Shown here piece after piece: positions 39,701 through 48,682 of a stretch of DNA of 51,227 nucleotides. Location: positions 1-51,227 of IMG/VR virus record IMGVR_UViG_3300032247_001523. One strand, written 5' to 3'. A program made the position numbers and the translations under genes. This stretch comes from a virus (taxonomy: Duplodnaviria; Caudoviricetes). Position 1 is the stretch's first letter. Each line of letters opens with the position of its first letter. Under the pieces are notes generated by a model. The model worked only from the letters and a program-made list of their open reading frames with translations, ran no database searches and had not been told where the DNA came from.

Positions 39701-42700
39701 TTAGTCTCTTGGAGTGTTATCTACCGGCGGAGGAGGCGGATTTCTGATAGTTGAAATTTCTGCACGGGCCTGGGCAAATTTTGTTTGTAGCTCACCTTGC
39801 CGCACTCGGGCGTCGGCAGCCTGTTGTTTAAAGGTGTCTGCAACATCTTGTCCATCGGCTTTTTCCTTGTCCGACAATGCTTCGTACTCGGGTGTGCCTT
39901 TGAAGTTTTCCCAAGTGGTGCTGACTTTTTCTGAGTCGATCAAGAAGTTGTTCATGCTTGTAGCACTTTCTTCAACTTGAGTTAGTAGTTTTTCGGCAGC
40001 AGCCGCTTTACGCACCGGATCGTCGCTGGTCAAATCTGCTGTCATTGCTTCAGCTTGTGCGTGTACTTTGTCCAATTCTTCTTTAGAAAGTCCTGCGGTC
40101 AGTTCTGCTTCAGACATGGCTTCAGATTCAGCAGTCAAGGCCTGTTGCTCTTCGCCCAGTGCTATAGCTTCTGGTATGTCTTGTCCAATCACCACATCTT
40201 CACCATCAGGGTTGATGTCATCGTCGATGTCGTACTCGTCGCCAAAGTCGTCAATCTCTGTCAAATCATCATCTGCGTCATCTTCGCCAAATATTTCATT
40301 GCCAAGATCTTCGTCCTCGTAGTCCTCATCGGTTGGCAAATCATCCTCTGGGGCATCATCCTCTGCCAGATTAGGATCGTCTGGCACGTCTGAATTGTTA
40401 TCGCCCGGGTCATCTTCTTCATCACCAAATCCAACTGCTGTGGGTTCGCCCACTGATTTACTACCCAAATCGTCCAACTGCAATGCACCGTCGTTGCGTT
40501 CAGCTCGGTTATTCTTGGCTGGGTCTTTGTTGGAAGGATCGTCGCCGGGCAAGTTGTGCTGTCTAATCAGATCTAGTGACTGTATGAACTTGCCGCCAGC
40601 AAGTTCGCTTTCAACTTTTAACACTTGGAATATTCCGCTGAAGTTACTGATAGAGTAGTCAGAATCATTTCGCATCAGACCTGTTTCTTCGTCAATGTCC
40701 GCATAGGTTCTAAAAGCCAAACTACAGTAAACTTGACTGTTATCCATAGCAAGAGTTTCTGGATCATCCGGCAGGTACATTTCGTCGTTTTCCAGTCCCA
40801 TTGTGGCTGGACTATGGAACATGTCGTCTTGTTTGATAAATGCAGGATCGCCAACAATTTTCAAATTGACATTCAACATGTCGCCTGCGGCACCACTGTA
40901 GATACTTTTTGCCACACTCTGAGCATTTTGTTTTTCAGATGCAGCCGATGTTCCGCCACTGCGGCTGGCATTGGCACCTTCAGGCTCACTGCGAGTATTG
41001 GCCACTGTATTTGCAGGTTGCTTTTTGCCAGGACTGTTTTTGTCCGTGTTGTCTGCATCGGGTGCTTTCTGTATGGCCTCAGTATTTTTGGTATTGGCAT
41101 GAATGGCCGTATAAAATAGTGCATCAAAGTCTAGATTAAATTCTAATATATCTTTGTTGAGTCCAGTATATAGATAGTTGTATTCTTTAACTATTGGTGG
41201 AGGACTGGACTTGTCCATACGAGGATCTTTGCTGTTGTAATACTTGTAGGGTATCACATAGTAGGTGATCTTTTTGCCATAGGTATTGCGTATTTTGTCA
41301 TATGCAGATCCGTTGGGACCTTTTTTAAGGCTAACTTTGGGTACCACTCGATACCAATTGATGTATGTGTCTTTGTTTTTGACCTGTTCAACCAAGGTAG
41401 CGGCTGTGGATCCTGTCAGGTCCGTGCTGGGGTCAGTGACCTGGTCACGTATGTAACTGCTGTTTACAATCACTTGATCTAGCAATGCATTGATGTTTGT
41501 ACCAGCATTGATACTGAATACCTGTTTGTTTCTGTCCGGCCCCTCGGCTTTGGTTTTCATGTTGGGGTCGTTGCCGCGATCCACTACACCTTTATCTTTG
41601 GCCTGTGGCGATTTTTCTACTGGAGTTTTACCAGGTATGACTACACTGGCTCCTCGAATGTCTGGGTGAAATATAAATTCAATTTCGTCAGCAATTTCAA
41701 TTGCTTTTTTCTTCACTTGTTTTTCATTCCAGGCATTGTATGCCGCTGTGTAACTTTTTGTTTTTACAGTGGGATTTTTGTCTTGTGCAGTATTGGCATT
41801 GGCTGGCTTTTCAGGCTTGTCATTGGTGGTTTTGGTGGTGGGAGCGGCATCTGTGTTACCACTGGATGCGGTAGAGTCTACTCCGTCACTGATCTGTTTG
41901 TCTGTGTCGGCTGGCACTGTGTCGTTCTTGAAAAAGTCGGCCACTGTGGTTGCTGTAACTTCAAAGTTGGCTTTGGTATCTTGTACAGTACTAAAATATC
42001 CTTGATGGTTATAAGGTACTGCTTCAAAGTCATACACGGTACCTTTGACGTCGGCTTTGATCTTGGCTCCCGTAAACTTGATTGGTATAAATTTGGTCAA
42101 GTTTGAAAGGTTGTGTGTTTCACCTGCATCGTCTGTGCCGTAAAAATTAATCTCCAACAAGTACGGCATCTCTAGATAATTTTTTCCGTTTAGTTCTTCA
42201 AAGTTTAATTTTCTCAGTCGATCTATCAGTGTTAGCCCGTAAGGCTCAATGATACTGAAACTGATGTCAATGGCATTGGTTGCCTTGGTATTGGCATTGG
42301 GCCCAATGATTGTGGTCATTTTTAAACTGTTAAAGTAAAAGTCCTGTCTGAACGCAGGATCTCTTGTATCTTTATAACCAATTGCTGTGGCAATTAGTGT
42401 TTTGTTGGGTCTAAAGTTTTTGGGATTGTTGTTTAAATCTTCGTAGTCTTTGATACTCAACGCATGTAATGCCATACCATAGGTATAGGTAGCAAACTGG
42501 TGTAGTATGTTTGGTCTTACTGTGCCGCCATCGACTGCATTGTCAGACGCCTCTGACATCTGCTCAACTCCATCTTCGTCGTTGGGCGCTCGTGCGGCTG
42601 CTTGCCTTGCTGCCAATGATCGACTGGTAGGTGCTTCGAAGTCCATTGCATCAGGATCAAGTTCATCTTCCTGATTGTCGCTGTCTTCCTCTTCGTAGTC

Positions 42701-42892
42701 GCTGTCGTCGGGCTCAAAAGGATCTTCTTCGTCCTGCTCAGGAGGATCTGGATCCACCTCGTCTTCGGTGTACGGGTCGCTATCTGTGCCGGTAAAGTCT
42801 GATGTATCAGATTCTACGTCATCTGCGGCTATGTCAGAGCTGGCTTCCTCAATTGCCAACTCGTCATCGGTTAAGGTTCCAAAGTCTGGCAT
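39701..42892 (-). CDS. Putative baseplate hub protein (gp27-like position) with long acidic tracts
   Basis: Core NILHQFATYTY...IIEPYG..L...PYLLEINF.G...KEYNYLYTG.N.DIL.F...IVGDP...FSGIFQVLKVES...GKFIQSLDL; lies between the gp53-like and gp5-like genes. Confidence 0.6.
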   Translation of the reverse strand: MPDFGTLTDDELAIEEASSDIAADDVESDTSDFTGTDSDPYTEDEVDPDPPEQDEEDPFEPDDSDYEEEDSDNQEDELDPDAMDFEAPTSRSLAARQAAARAPNDEDGVEQMSEASDNAVDGGTVRPNILHQFATYTYGMALHALSIKDYEDLNNNPKNFRPNKTLIATAIGYKDTRDPAFRQDFYFNSLKMTTIIGPNANTKATNAIDISFSIIEPYGLTLIDRLRKLNFEELNGKNYLEMPYLLEINFYGTDDAGETHNLSNLTKFIPIKFTGAKIKADVKGTVYDFEAVPYNHQGYFSTVQDTKANFEVTATTVADFFKNDTVPADTDKQISDGVDSTASSGNTDAAPTTKTTNDKPEKPANANTAQDKNPTVKTKSYTAAYNAWNEKQVKKKAIEIADEIEFIFHPDIRGASVVIPGKTPVEKSPQAKDKGVVDRGNDPNMKTKAEGPDRNKQVFSINAGTNINALLDQVIVNSSYIRDQVTDPSTDLTGSTAATLVEQVKNKDTYINWYRVVPKVSLKKGPNGSAYDKIRNTYGKKITYYVIPYKYYNSKDPRMDKSSPPPIVKEYNYLYTGLNKDILEFNLDFDALFYTAIHANTKNTEAIQKAPDADNTDKNSPGKKQPANTVANTRSEPEGANASRSGGTSAASEKQNAQSVAKSIYSGAAGDMLNVNLKIVGDPAFIKQDDMFHSPATMGLENDEMYLPDDPETLAMDNSQVYCSLAFRTYADIDEETGLMRNDSDYSISNFSGIFQVLKVESELAGGKFIQSLDLIRQHNLPGDDPSNKDPAKNNRAERNDGALQLDDLGSKSVGEPTAVGFGDEEDDPGDNNSDVPDDPNLAEDDAPEDDLPTDEDYEDEDLGNEIFGEDDADDDLTEIDDFGDEYDIDDDINPDGEDVVIGQDIPEAIALGEEQQALTAESEAMSEAELTAGLSKEELDKVHAQAEAMTADLTSDDPVRKAAAAEKLLTQVEESATSMNNFLIDSEKVSTTWENFKGTPEYEALSDKEKADGQDVADTFKQQAADARVRQGELQTKFAQARAEISTIRNPPPPPVDNTPRD

Positions 42893-42895
42893 CTA

Positions 42896-43201
42896 TTACA
42901 CTCCAAGGTCTTTGGCTAGGTGTTCTTTTTTTGGAATATAAATTGTTACCCCGGCACGAAAATCCAATAGCGGATCTTCCAAGGTGTTTGGATTACGGGC
43001 ACGGAATACCCACCAAAGCCCAGAATCTTTGTACAAGTCATAGGCCAATAGATCAGGGCGGTGTTCGTATATCTTGTCAATCTTGTATGCCACATCATCC
43101 GAGTACTTGGAAATAGAACGATAATTTAGTACGTCAAGAAACGGGCCCACAGTTTGTGTGGACCAGTAAGGACTGTTCTTTTTATAGGTAACTTTGGCCA
43201 T
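42896..43201 (-). CDS. Baseplate wedge protein, gp53/LysM-like
   Basis: YEHRPDLLAYDLYKDSGLWWVF..RN.......DF..G..IYIP pattern. Confidence 0.75.
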   Translation of the reverse strand: MAKVTYKKNSPYWSTQTVGPFLDVLNYRSISKYSDDVAYKIDKIYEHRPDLLAYDLYKDSGLWWVFRARNPNTLEDPLLDFRAGVTIYIPKKEHLAKDLGV

Positions 43202-44058
43202 TAGATGAATCCTCCGTTGCCTTTGAGCATTTTGCCTGCGGCAAAATCAGTAAGAGTAAAGTTATTGAACATGTTGGTACGACTGTAGACCGGCTGTAGT
43301 GTCACAGTCAGTTGACTAGATGTAGGTAATCTGACACTTTTGCCTGACGAAGTACTGACCACTTCAGTTGGATTATTGCTGAACGGGATATCCACGTAAT
43401 CTACGTCGGCTGGCATGGTATGCTGGAAACTGGTAATCACGCAAGATACATTGGGGAAATAGTAATCGCCGTAGCCGTTCAAGTATACCAACGGTGGCGG
43501 ATTACCTTGTAGCGCATCGTTGCCCACAAACATCTTGGTGCTGGTGCGGAAAAAGTATATGCAGGCCAACAGATACTGACCTTCTTCCAATGTCTGTACT
43601 GTGAAATCCCCTGTGATGCTGATGCTGGCCACATCTGAGCCTTCGTAGAAATAATTCTTATAATTACTATGTGTAAGTGCCTGTTCGCTATAACGTGCAT
43701 TATGAGTTACACTAATAGCAGGAGTATAAGGAAATATTACACCATCTGTTTTTTGCAACGGAGCAAACAAAGGATTACCAAGTTGATTGACAATAGCATC
43801 AGGCCAGCTGATACGCACACGCCAGTCCTGTTCGTTGGCAACTTCTGTACTGAACCAACTCCAGTTTTGATTTTGACCCAGCATTTGTGTGCTTTTGTCA
43901 ACACTGTTTGCTCCACCAGAAAACAGTCCAGCAACCTTCAATCTGATACCGCTGGGGTCTACTGCATTCAACACAGCATCCAACATGCCGCCTCCGGACT
44001 TTCCTCCGGCAGATGGAATAGGTGTTGGTGCTTGTCCTCGGGTGTTGTTCAATGGCAT
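43201..44058 (-). CDS. Putative tail tube initiator/baseplate cap (gp48/gp54-like)
   Basis: GVIFPYTP.I...ISITGDFTVQ...GNPPPLVYLNGYG...V.CVITSF...DVDY; tube-fold pattern and gene position. Confidence 0.6.
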   Translation of the reverse strand: MPLNNTRGQAPTPIPSAGGKSGGGMLDAVLNAVDPSGIRLKVAGLFSGGANSVDKSTQMLGQNQNWSWFSTEVANEQDWRVRISWPDAIVNQLGNPLFAPLQKTDGVIFPYTPAISVTHNARYSEQALTHSNYKNYFYEGSDVASISITGDFTVQTLEEGQYLLACIYFFRTSTKMFVGNDALQGNPPPLVYLNGYGDYYFPNVSCVITSFQHTMPADVDYVDIPFSNNPTEVVSTSSGKSVRLPTSSQLTVTLQPVYSRTNMFNNFTLTDFAAGKMLKGNGGFI

Positions 44059-44076
44059 GGTGTCTGACCTTTTAAG

Positions 44077-44083
44077 TATTTAT
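44077..44083 (-). promoter_or_regulatory. Putative late promoter (ATAAATA) at the head of the baseplate operon
   Basis: ATAAATA 18 nt before the ATG at 44058, in the divergent intergenic region. Confidence 0.65.
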
Positions 44084-44111
44084 TTAGAAAATAAACGGCA
44101 AATATAATTGG

Positions 44112-44158
44112 TTGACTTTTGCCGAAACATTATGTTAGTATAGACTAACTTGCAGGAG
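44112..44158 (+). promoter_or_regulatory. Sigma70-type promoter and RBS of gp55
   Basis: TTGACT (44112-44117), 18 nt, TGn-TAGTAT (44136-44141); AGGAG at 44154-44158. Confidence 0.6.
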
Positions 44159-44166
44159 ACAAGAAA

Positions 44167-45045
44167 ATTAAACACAATTACTTAAACAACAAGGATATCC
44201 TCAAAGAGATCCACAAGAGCAAAACCACTTACTGCACCTACATTGACCCAAAATATGCCGATTACGACATGATTGTTGCCAGTGTGTCCAAGATAAACAA
44301 GAAAAATATCCTAGACGCACGTAAAGCAAGAGCAGAACGCCTGGCCAAGTTGGCACACGAAACTGCTACTGCCGACGGAGTCAAGCGCAAACTGGACGAA
44401 TTTGAAGTAAAACTCAAAGATGTAGCAGATACAGATGTGGTTTTTCGTGTTATGACTTGGGATCATGTGCCAGTGGACGATGCCAAAACCAAAAAAGCAC
44501 GTATGGCCGCACTGGAAATTGAAGATGATGAAGATCCATTGCTGACCGAATACAACGAAGCCGACACTACCCACAACAAGTATGTCAAATGCAACTTTCC
44601 ACCGTTTCAGCATTGGGTGGTCAACGACGCAGGTGATCTGGTTTGCGTGGGCAAAAGTCACTGGAAGGGCGATTTAGAAACTGGCAACTTCAGTCGAGAT
44701 CACGGAAAAATGACCAACAAGCTGGCTCACATGTTCATGAAGCTGTGCGAACGCTATGCCACACGTAGCAATTGGCGAGGCTACACTTACAATGACGAAA
44801 TGCGAAGTCAAGCATTGTTGCAGTTGAGTCAAATTGGATTGCAGTTCGATGAGTCCAAAAGTCAAAACCCATTTGCTTATTATACCGCTGCCATTACCAA
44901 CAGTTTTACTCGTGTGCTGAACATTGAAAAGCGCAATCAAAACCTGCGAGATGACATACTAGAAGCTAACGGACTAACTCCTAGCTTTACTCGCCAAGGA
45001 TTGGGCGGCAGTTGGGGAGGCGGTGGCGGTGGCGACGACGAGTAA
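44167..45045 (+). CDS. gp55: Late-transcription sigma factor, T4 gp55-like; probable ATT start at 44167 (track start is 44269)
   Basis: RYATRSNWRGYTYNDEM...FDESKSQNPFAYYT....NSF.RVLNIEKR; the in-frame upstream extension (I)KHNYLNNKDILKEIHKSK resembles the gp55 N-terminal YVNNKEL motif; upstream of gp47/gp46 as in T4. Confidence 0.88.
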   Translation: MKHNYLNNKDILKEIHKSKTTYCTYIDPKYADYDMIVASVSKINKKNILDARKARAERLAKLAHETATADGVKRKLDEFEVKLKDVADTDVVFRVMTWDHVPVDDAKTKKARMAALEIEDDEDPLLTEYNEADTTHNKYVKCNFPPFQHWVVNDAGDLVCVGKSHWKGDLETGNFSRDHGKMTNKLAHMFMKLCERYATRSNWRGYTYNDEMRSQALLQLSQIGLQFDESKSQNPFAYYTAAITNSFTRVLNIEKRNQNLRDDILEANGLTPSFTRQGLGGSWGGGGGGDDE

Positions 45046-45904
45046 CAGTGCTGTAATACCAGTTGTGTTCAACGGGGGCGCATACGGAAATTTTGTTCGA
45101 TGGTGTTTGTTACATTTTTCCGGGCAAACAGATGGTATAACCTTACCGTTTACACCCACCGGAAGTAGCCATGCTCCTGGATTTTCAGAAAAAAAATTTC
45201 CAGGTGTTGTGTTAATTCACCCAAAGAACACCGGGGACCTGCATAACGACTCAATTTTAATAGAAAGACTTGAATCTATTGTTTCTCAATTTGGTTGTGC
45301 AATTCTATTGTACGCCAATACTGATAGATTTATTCTCAACTTAAATAACAAATTTGAAAAAATTTTTGAAAAAGGTTTTTTGCATCAAACCGAGAGCATT
45401 GATGCTGAAATGGCCAATAATTTAAAACAATGGGGTTGCAACAATTTGGACGAGATGCAACGATGGCAAGTAAGAGAATTTTTATCTATATTTTTATGGC
45501 AACAACACCTGGCAGAAACTGAACTAGAGAATTTACTAAAGTTCAATCACCCACAAATCCTCAAAGTTGACATCAACAATTTAATTGTGGACTTTGAAAA
45601 CACAATCAAATCTCTTTTAAATTTTTCAAATTTCAAATTGATTAGATCAAATTTTGAGGAGATACATCAAGCATGGCTGGCCTGTCAGTATCATCTGAAC
45701 AAAGATCAGCTGGTGTCTGACATTGTGGATAGCGTTGTACATAATAAAAATTTAGATTGGTCAGAAAAAAATTTAACAGTGGTTGACGAAGGAATTGTCC
45801 AGATGAAGCTAAGAGACTTGCATAGACTTGACTTATTATGCTACAATCTTAACGAGTTTCCTACAAACACAATCGAACTTAGAAAATTGTTAATTGATGT
45901 CTAA
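45029..45904 (+). CDS. Hypothetical protein, possibly P-loop/sulfotransferase-like
   Basis: About 290 aa, AT-rich; IPVVFNGGAYGNFVRWCL...GSSH. GGAGG at 45016-45020 favours the GTG at 45029 over 45023. Confidence 0.6.
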   Translation: MATTSNSAVIPVVFNGGAYGNFVRWCLLHFSGQTDGITLPFTPTGSSHAPGFSEKKFPGVVLIHPKNTGDLHNDSILIERLESIVSQFGCAILLYANTDRFILNLNNKFEKIFEKGFLHQTESIDAEMANNLKQWGCNNLDEMQRWQVREFLSIFLWQQHLAETELENLLKFNHPQILKVDINNLIVDFENTIKSLLNFSNFKLIRSNFEEIHQAWLACQYHLNKDQLVSDIVDSVVHNKNLDWSEKNLTVVDEGIVQMKLRDLHRLDLLCYNLNEFPTNTIELRKLLIDV

Positions 45905-46913
45905 CCTATTTAAAAAAGCCGCGGTATTTACTGACATTCACTTTGGACTCAAGTCAAACAGTATCCTGCACAATGAGGATTGCCTGAACTTTGTCAAGTG
46001 GGCCACTGCCCGGGCCCGACAAGAAGGCTGTGAAACAGCCATGTTCTTGGGCGACTGGCATAACAATCGTGCCAGTATCAATATTTTAACTCTGGGCTAT
46101 AGCCTACAGGCACTAGAGCACCTAAATGCCAACTTTGACGCTGTGTACTTTATTCCTGGCAACCACGATCTGTATTATCGTGACAAGCGAGATGTACAAA
46201 GTGTTGAATGGGCCAAACACCTCCCCAACATCCATATATGTAATGACTGGTTTACTAGTGGCAATGTAGTCATTGCCCCTTGGTTGGTCGGCGACGATCA
46301 CAAAAGAATCTCTAAGCTGGCCGGCAAGTACATGTTTGGGCACTTTGAACTGCCCGGATACTTGATGAATGCCATGGTGGCCATGCCCGAGCACGGCGAA
46401 CTGCGTGGTACTCACTTTGGTGGGTTTGATCATGTGTTTACTGGTCACTTTCATAAACGACAGACACAACGCAACATCACCTATATCGGCAATTGTTTCC
46501 CGCATAACTATGCCGATGCCGGCGACGATGACCGAGGCATGATGATCTTGGAATGGGGCCAGGAGCCTGAATTCCATGCATGGCCCGATCAACCCCGGTA
46601 TCGTGTGTTTCAGCTGAGTGATGTACTCAAGCACACCGAAGCCATGTTACAGCCCAACATGCATGTTAGAGTCAACTTGGACATTGACATCAGCTATGAA
46701 GAAGCCACATTTATTAAGGAAACGTTTATCAATACATATGGTCTACGTGAAATTACCTTGATACCAGCCAAACTAACTGAGCTTACTGAGTACGAAATTC
46801 AGGGCAATATAGAATTTGAAAGTGTGGATCAGATCGTGTATAGTCAATTGAGCAACATTGACAGTAACCAGTATAATCCAAACCTGTTACTTGAAATTTA
46901 TAAGAATCTCTGA
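45897..46913 (+). CDS. gp47: Recombination endonuclease, T4 gp47 / Mre11-SbcD family
   Basis: Metallophosphoesterase motifs DIHFG, GDW, GNHD, GHFE, GHFH. Confidence 0.93.
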   Translation: MSNLFKKAAVFTDIHFGLKSNSILHNEDCLNFVKWATARARQEGCETAMFLGDWHNNRASINILTLGYSLQALEHLNANFDAVYFIPGNHDLYYRDKRDVQSVEWAKHLPNIHICNDWFTSGNVVIAPWLVGDDHKRISKLAGKYMFGHFELPGYLMNAMVAMPEHGELRGTHFGGFDHVFTGHFHKRQTQRNITYIGNCFPHNYADAGDDDRGMMILEWGQEPEFHAWPDQPRYRVFQLSDVLKHTEAMLQPNMHVRVNLDIDISYEEATFIKETFINTYGLREITLIPAKLTELTEYEIQGNIEFESVDQIVYSQLSNIDSNQYNPNLLLEIYKNL

Positions 46914-48682
46914 TGTTTAAAATAAAAAATTTGACTGTTCGTAACTTCATGAGTGTAGGAAACACCACGCAGGCTGTTAACTTTGATCGTAGAGACCTTA
47001 CCTTGGTGCTGGGCGAGAACCTGGACTTGGGTGGCGACGATTCGGGTGCTCGTAACGGAACAGGCAAGACCACTATCATCAATGCCCTGAGCTACGCCCT
47101 GTATGGCAATGCGCTGACCAATATCAAGAAAGACAACTTGATCAACAAGACCAACGGTAAAGGCATGATGGTCACTATTGATTTTGAAAAAGACGGGCAG
47201 AGCTATCGCATCGAACGTGGCCGCAAGCCCGGAGTCATGAAGTTCTGGGTAGGCGACACCGAACGAGAGATCACCGACGATGCACAGGGCGACTCAAGAG
47301 AAACGCAGGCCGACATTGAACGCATGCTGGGAATGAGTCACGACATGTTCAAACACATTGTGGCGCTCAACACTTACACAGAACCTTTTCTAGCACTAAA
47401 AGCCAACGAGCAACGACTCATGATCGAGCAGTTGTTGGGCATCACCTTGCTCAGTGAAAAAGCCGATCGTCTCAAAGAGCTGATCAAAGCCACCAAAGAT
47501 GCCATAACCAAAGAAGAATTTCGTATCAAGGCCGTAACTGATGCCAACAAGAGAATCGAAGAGCAGATTGAAAATCTTCGTCGCAGACAAACCCTGTGGA
47601 AGACACGGCACAGCGAAGAATTGGCCAAGTTTGAAATATCATTGGGCCAACTGTTGGAAATTGACATCACAGCAGAAATTGCCGCACACCAAGCACTGGC
47701 CGAATACAATCAAAAGAAAAAAGACATCAACGATTTGAAATCGTTTGTGGCTCGTTGTGAGCAAGATGAGGCCCGAGAAAACAAACTGATTGAACGTCTC
47801 AAGAAAGAAATTGCCGCTCTGGAAGATCACCGATGTCATGCATGCGGGCAAGATCTGCACGACGAAAAGCATGAAAGTGTATTGGATGCCAAAAAGAAAG
47901 AGCTACAAGAAGCTTCATTGCAAGCATTGAGTACCAACACACAATACATTGAACTGACCGATGCACTGGCTGAACTGGGCGAGTTGGGTGATCGGCCCAA
48001 AACATTCTACAATACCGAAGCTGATGCAATTCATCATCGTTCGTCTGTTAACAGTTTACAAGAACAGTTGGTGGCCAAGTACAACGAAGTTGATCCTTAC
48101 GAAGATCAAATCAACGACATGAGCAGTCAAGCCATTGAAGAAATAGTGTACGACACCATCAATGAGTTGACCAGTATGCGTGAGCATCAGGACTTTTTGT
48201 TAAAGCTGTTGACCAACAAAGACAGTTTTATCCGCAAGCGAATAATTGATCAAAACTTGAGCTACCTGAATGCCAGACTGGGACAGTACCTGGATCGTAT
48301 TGGTTTGCCACACACTGTCAAATTCAACAACGACCTAACTGTGAGCATTACCGAGTTGGGCAGAGACCTGGACTTTGACAACTTGAGTCGCGGCGAGCGC
48401 AACCGACTGATCCTATCATTGAGCTGGGCTTTCCGCGACGTGTGGGAAAGTTTATACCAACCCATCAACCTGCTGTTTATTGACGAGCTGGTAGATTCAG
48501 GCATGGACTCGAGTGGTGTTGAAAATTCCTTGGCCATCCTCAAGAAGATGAGCCGAGATCACAACAAGAGTATTTGGCTGGTTAGTCACAAGGATGAACT
48601 GGCTGGTCGAGTCAACAACACCCTGCATGTGGTCAAAGAAAACGGTTTTACCAGTTACAATACCGATGTTGAAATTACTTAA
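46913..48682 (+). CDS. gp46: Recombination ATPase, T4 gp46 / Rad50-SbcC family
   Basis: NFMSVG, Walker A NGTGKTT, coiled coil with CHAC zinc hook, LSRGE signature, FIDE Walker B, VSH. Confidence 0.95.
   Translation: MFKIKNLTVRNFMSVGNTTQAVNFDRRDLTLVLGENLDLGGDDSGARNGTGKTTIINALSYALYGNALTNIKKDNLINKTNGKGMMVTIDFEKDGQSYRIERGRKPGVMKFWVGDTEREITDDAQGDSRETQADIERMLGMSHDMFKHIVALNTYTEPFLALKANEQRLMIEQLLGITLLSEKADRLKELIKATKDAITKEEFRIKAVTDANKRIEEQIENLRRRQTLWKTRHSEELAKFEISLGQLLEIDITAEIAAHQALAEYNQKKKDINDLKSFVARCEQDEARENKLIERLKKEIAALEDHRCHACGQDLHDEKHESVLDAKKKELQEASLQALSTNTQYIELTDALAELGELGDRPKTFYNTEADAIHHRSSVNSLQEQLVAKYNEVDPYEDQINDMSSQAIEEIVYDTINELTSMREHQDFLLKLLTNKDSFIRKRIIDQNLSYLNARLGQYLDRIGLPHTVKFNNDLTVSITELGRDLDFDNLSRGERNRLILSLSWAFRDVWESLYQPINLLFIDELVDSGMDSSGVENSLAILKKMSRDHNKSIWLVSHKDELAGRVNNTLHVVKENGFTSYNTDVEIT

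Noticed and set aside
242-44107. Many + strand ORFs (60-212 aa) and short alternative-frame ORFs in the track
   Set aside because: They lie antisense to or inside long, motif-bearing minus-strand genes and show no recognisable motifs; most likely shadow ORFs.
44269-48665. ORF-track starts at 44269, 45023, 45894 and 48594
   Set aside because: RBS spacing, conserved N-terminal motifs and gene overlaps favour 44167, 45029, 45897 and 48666 respectively.
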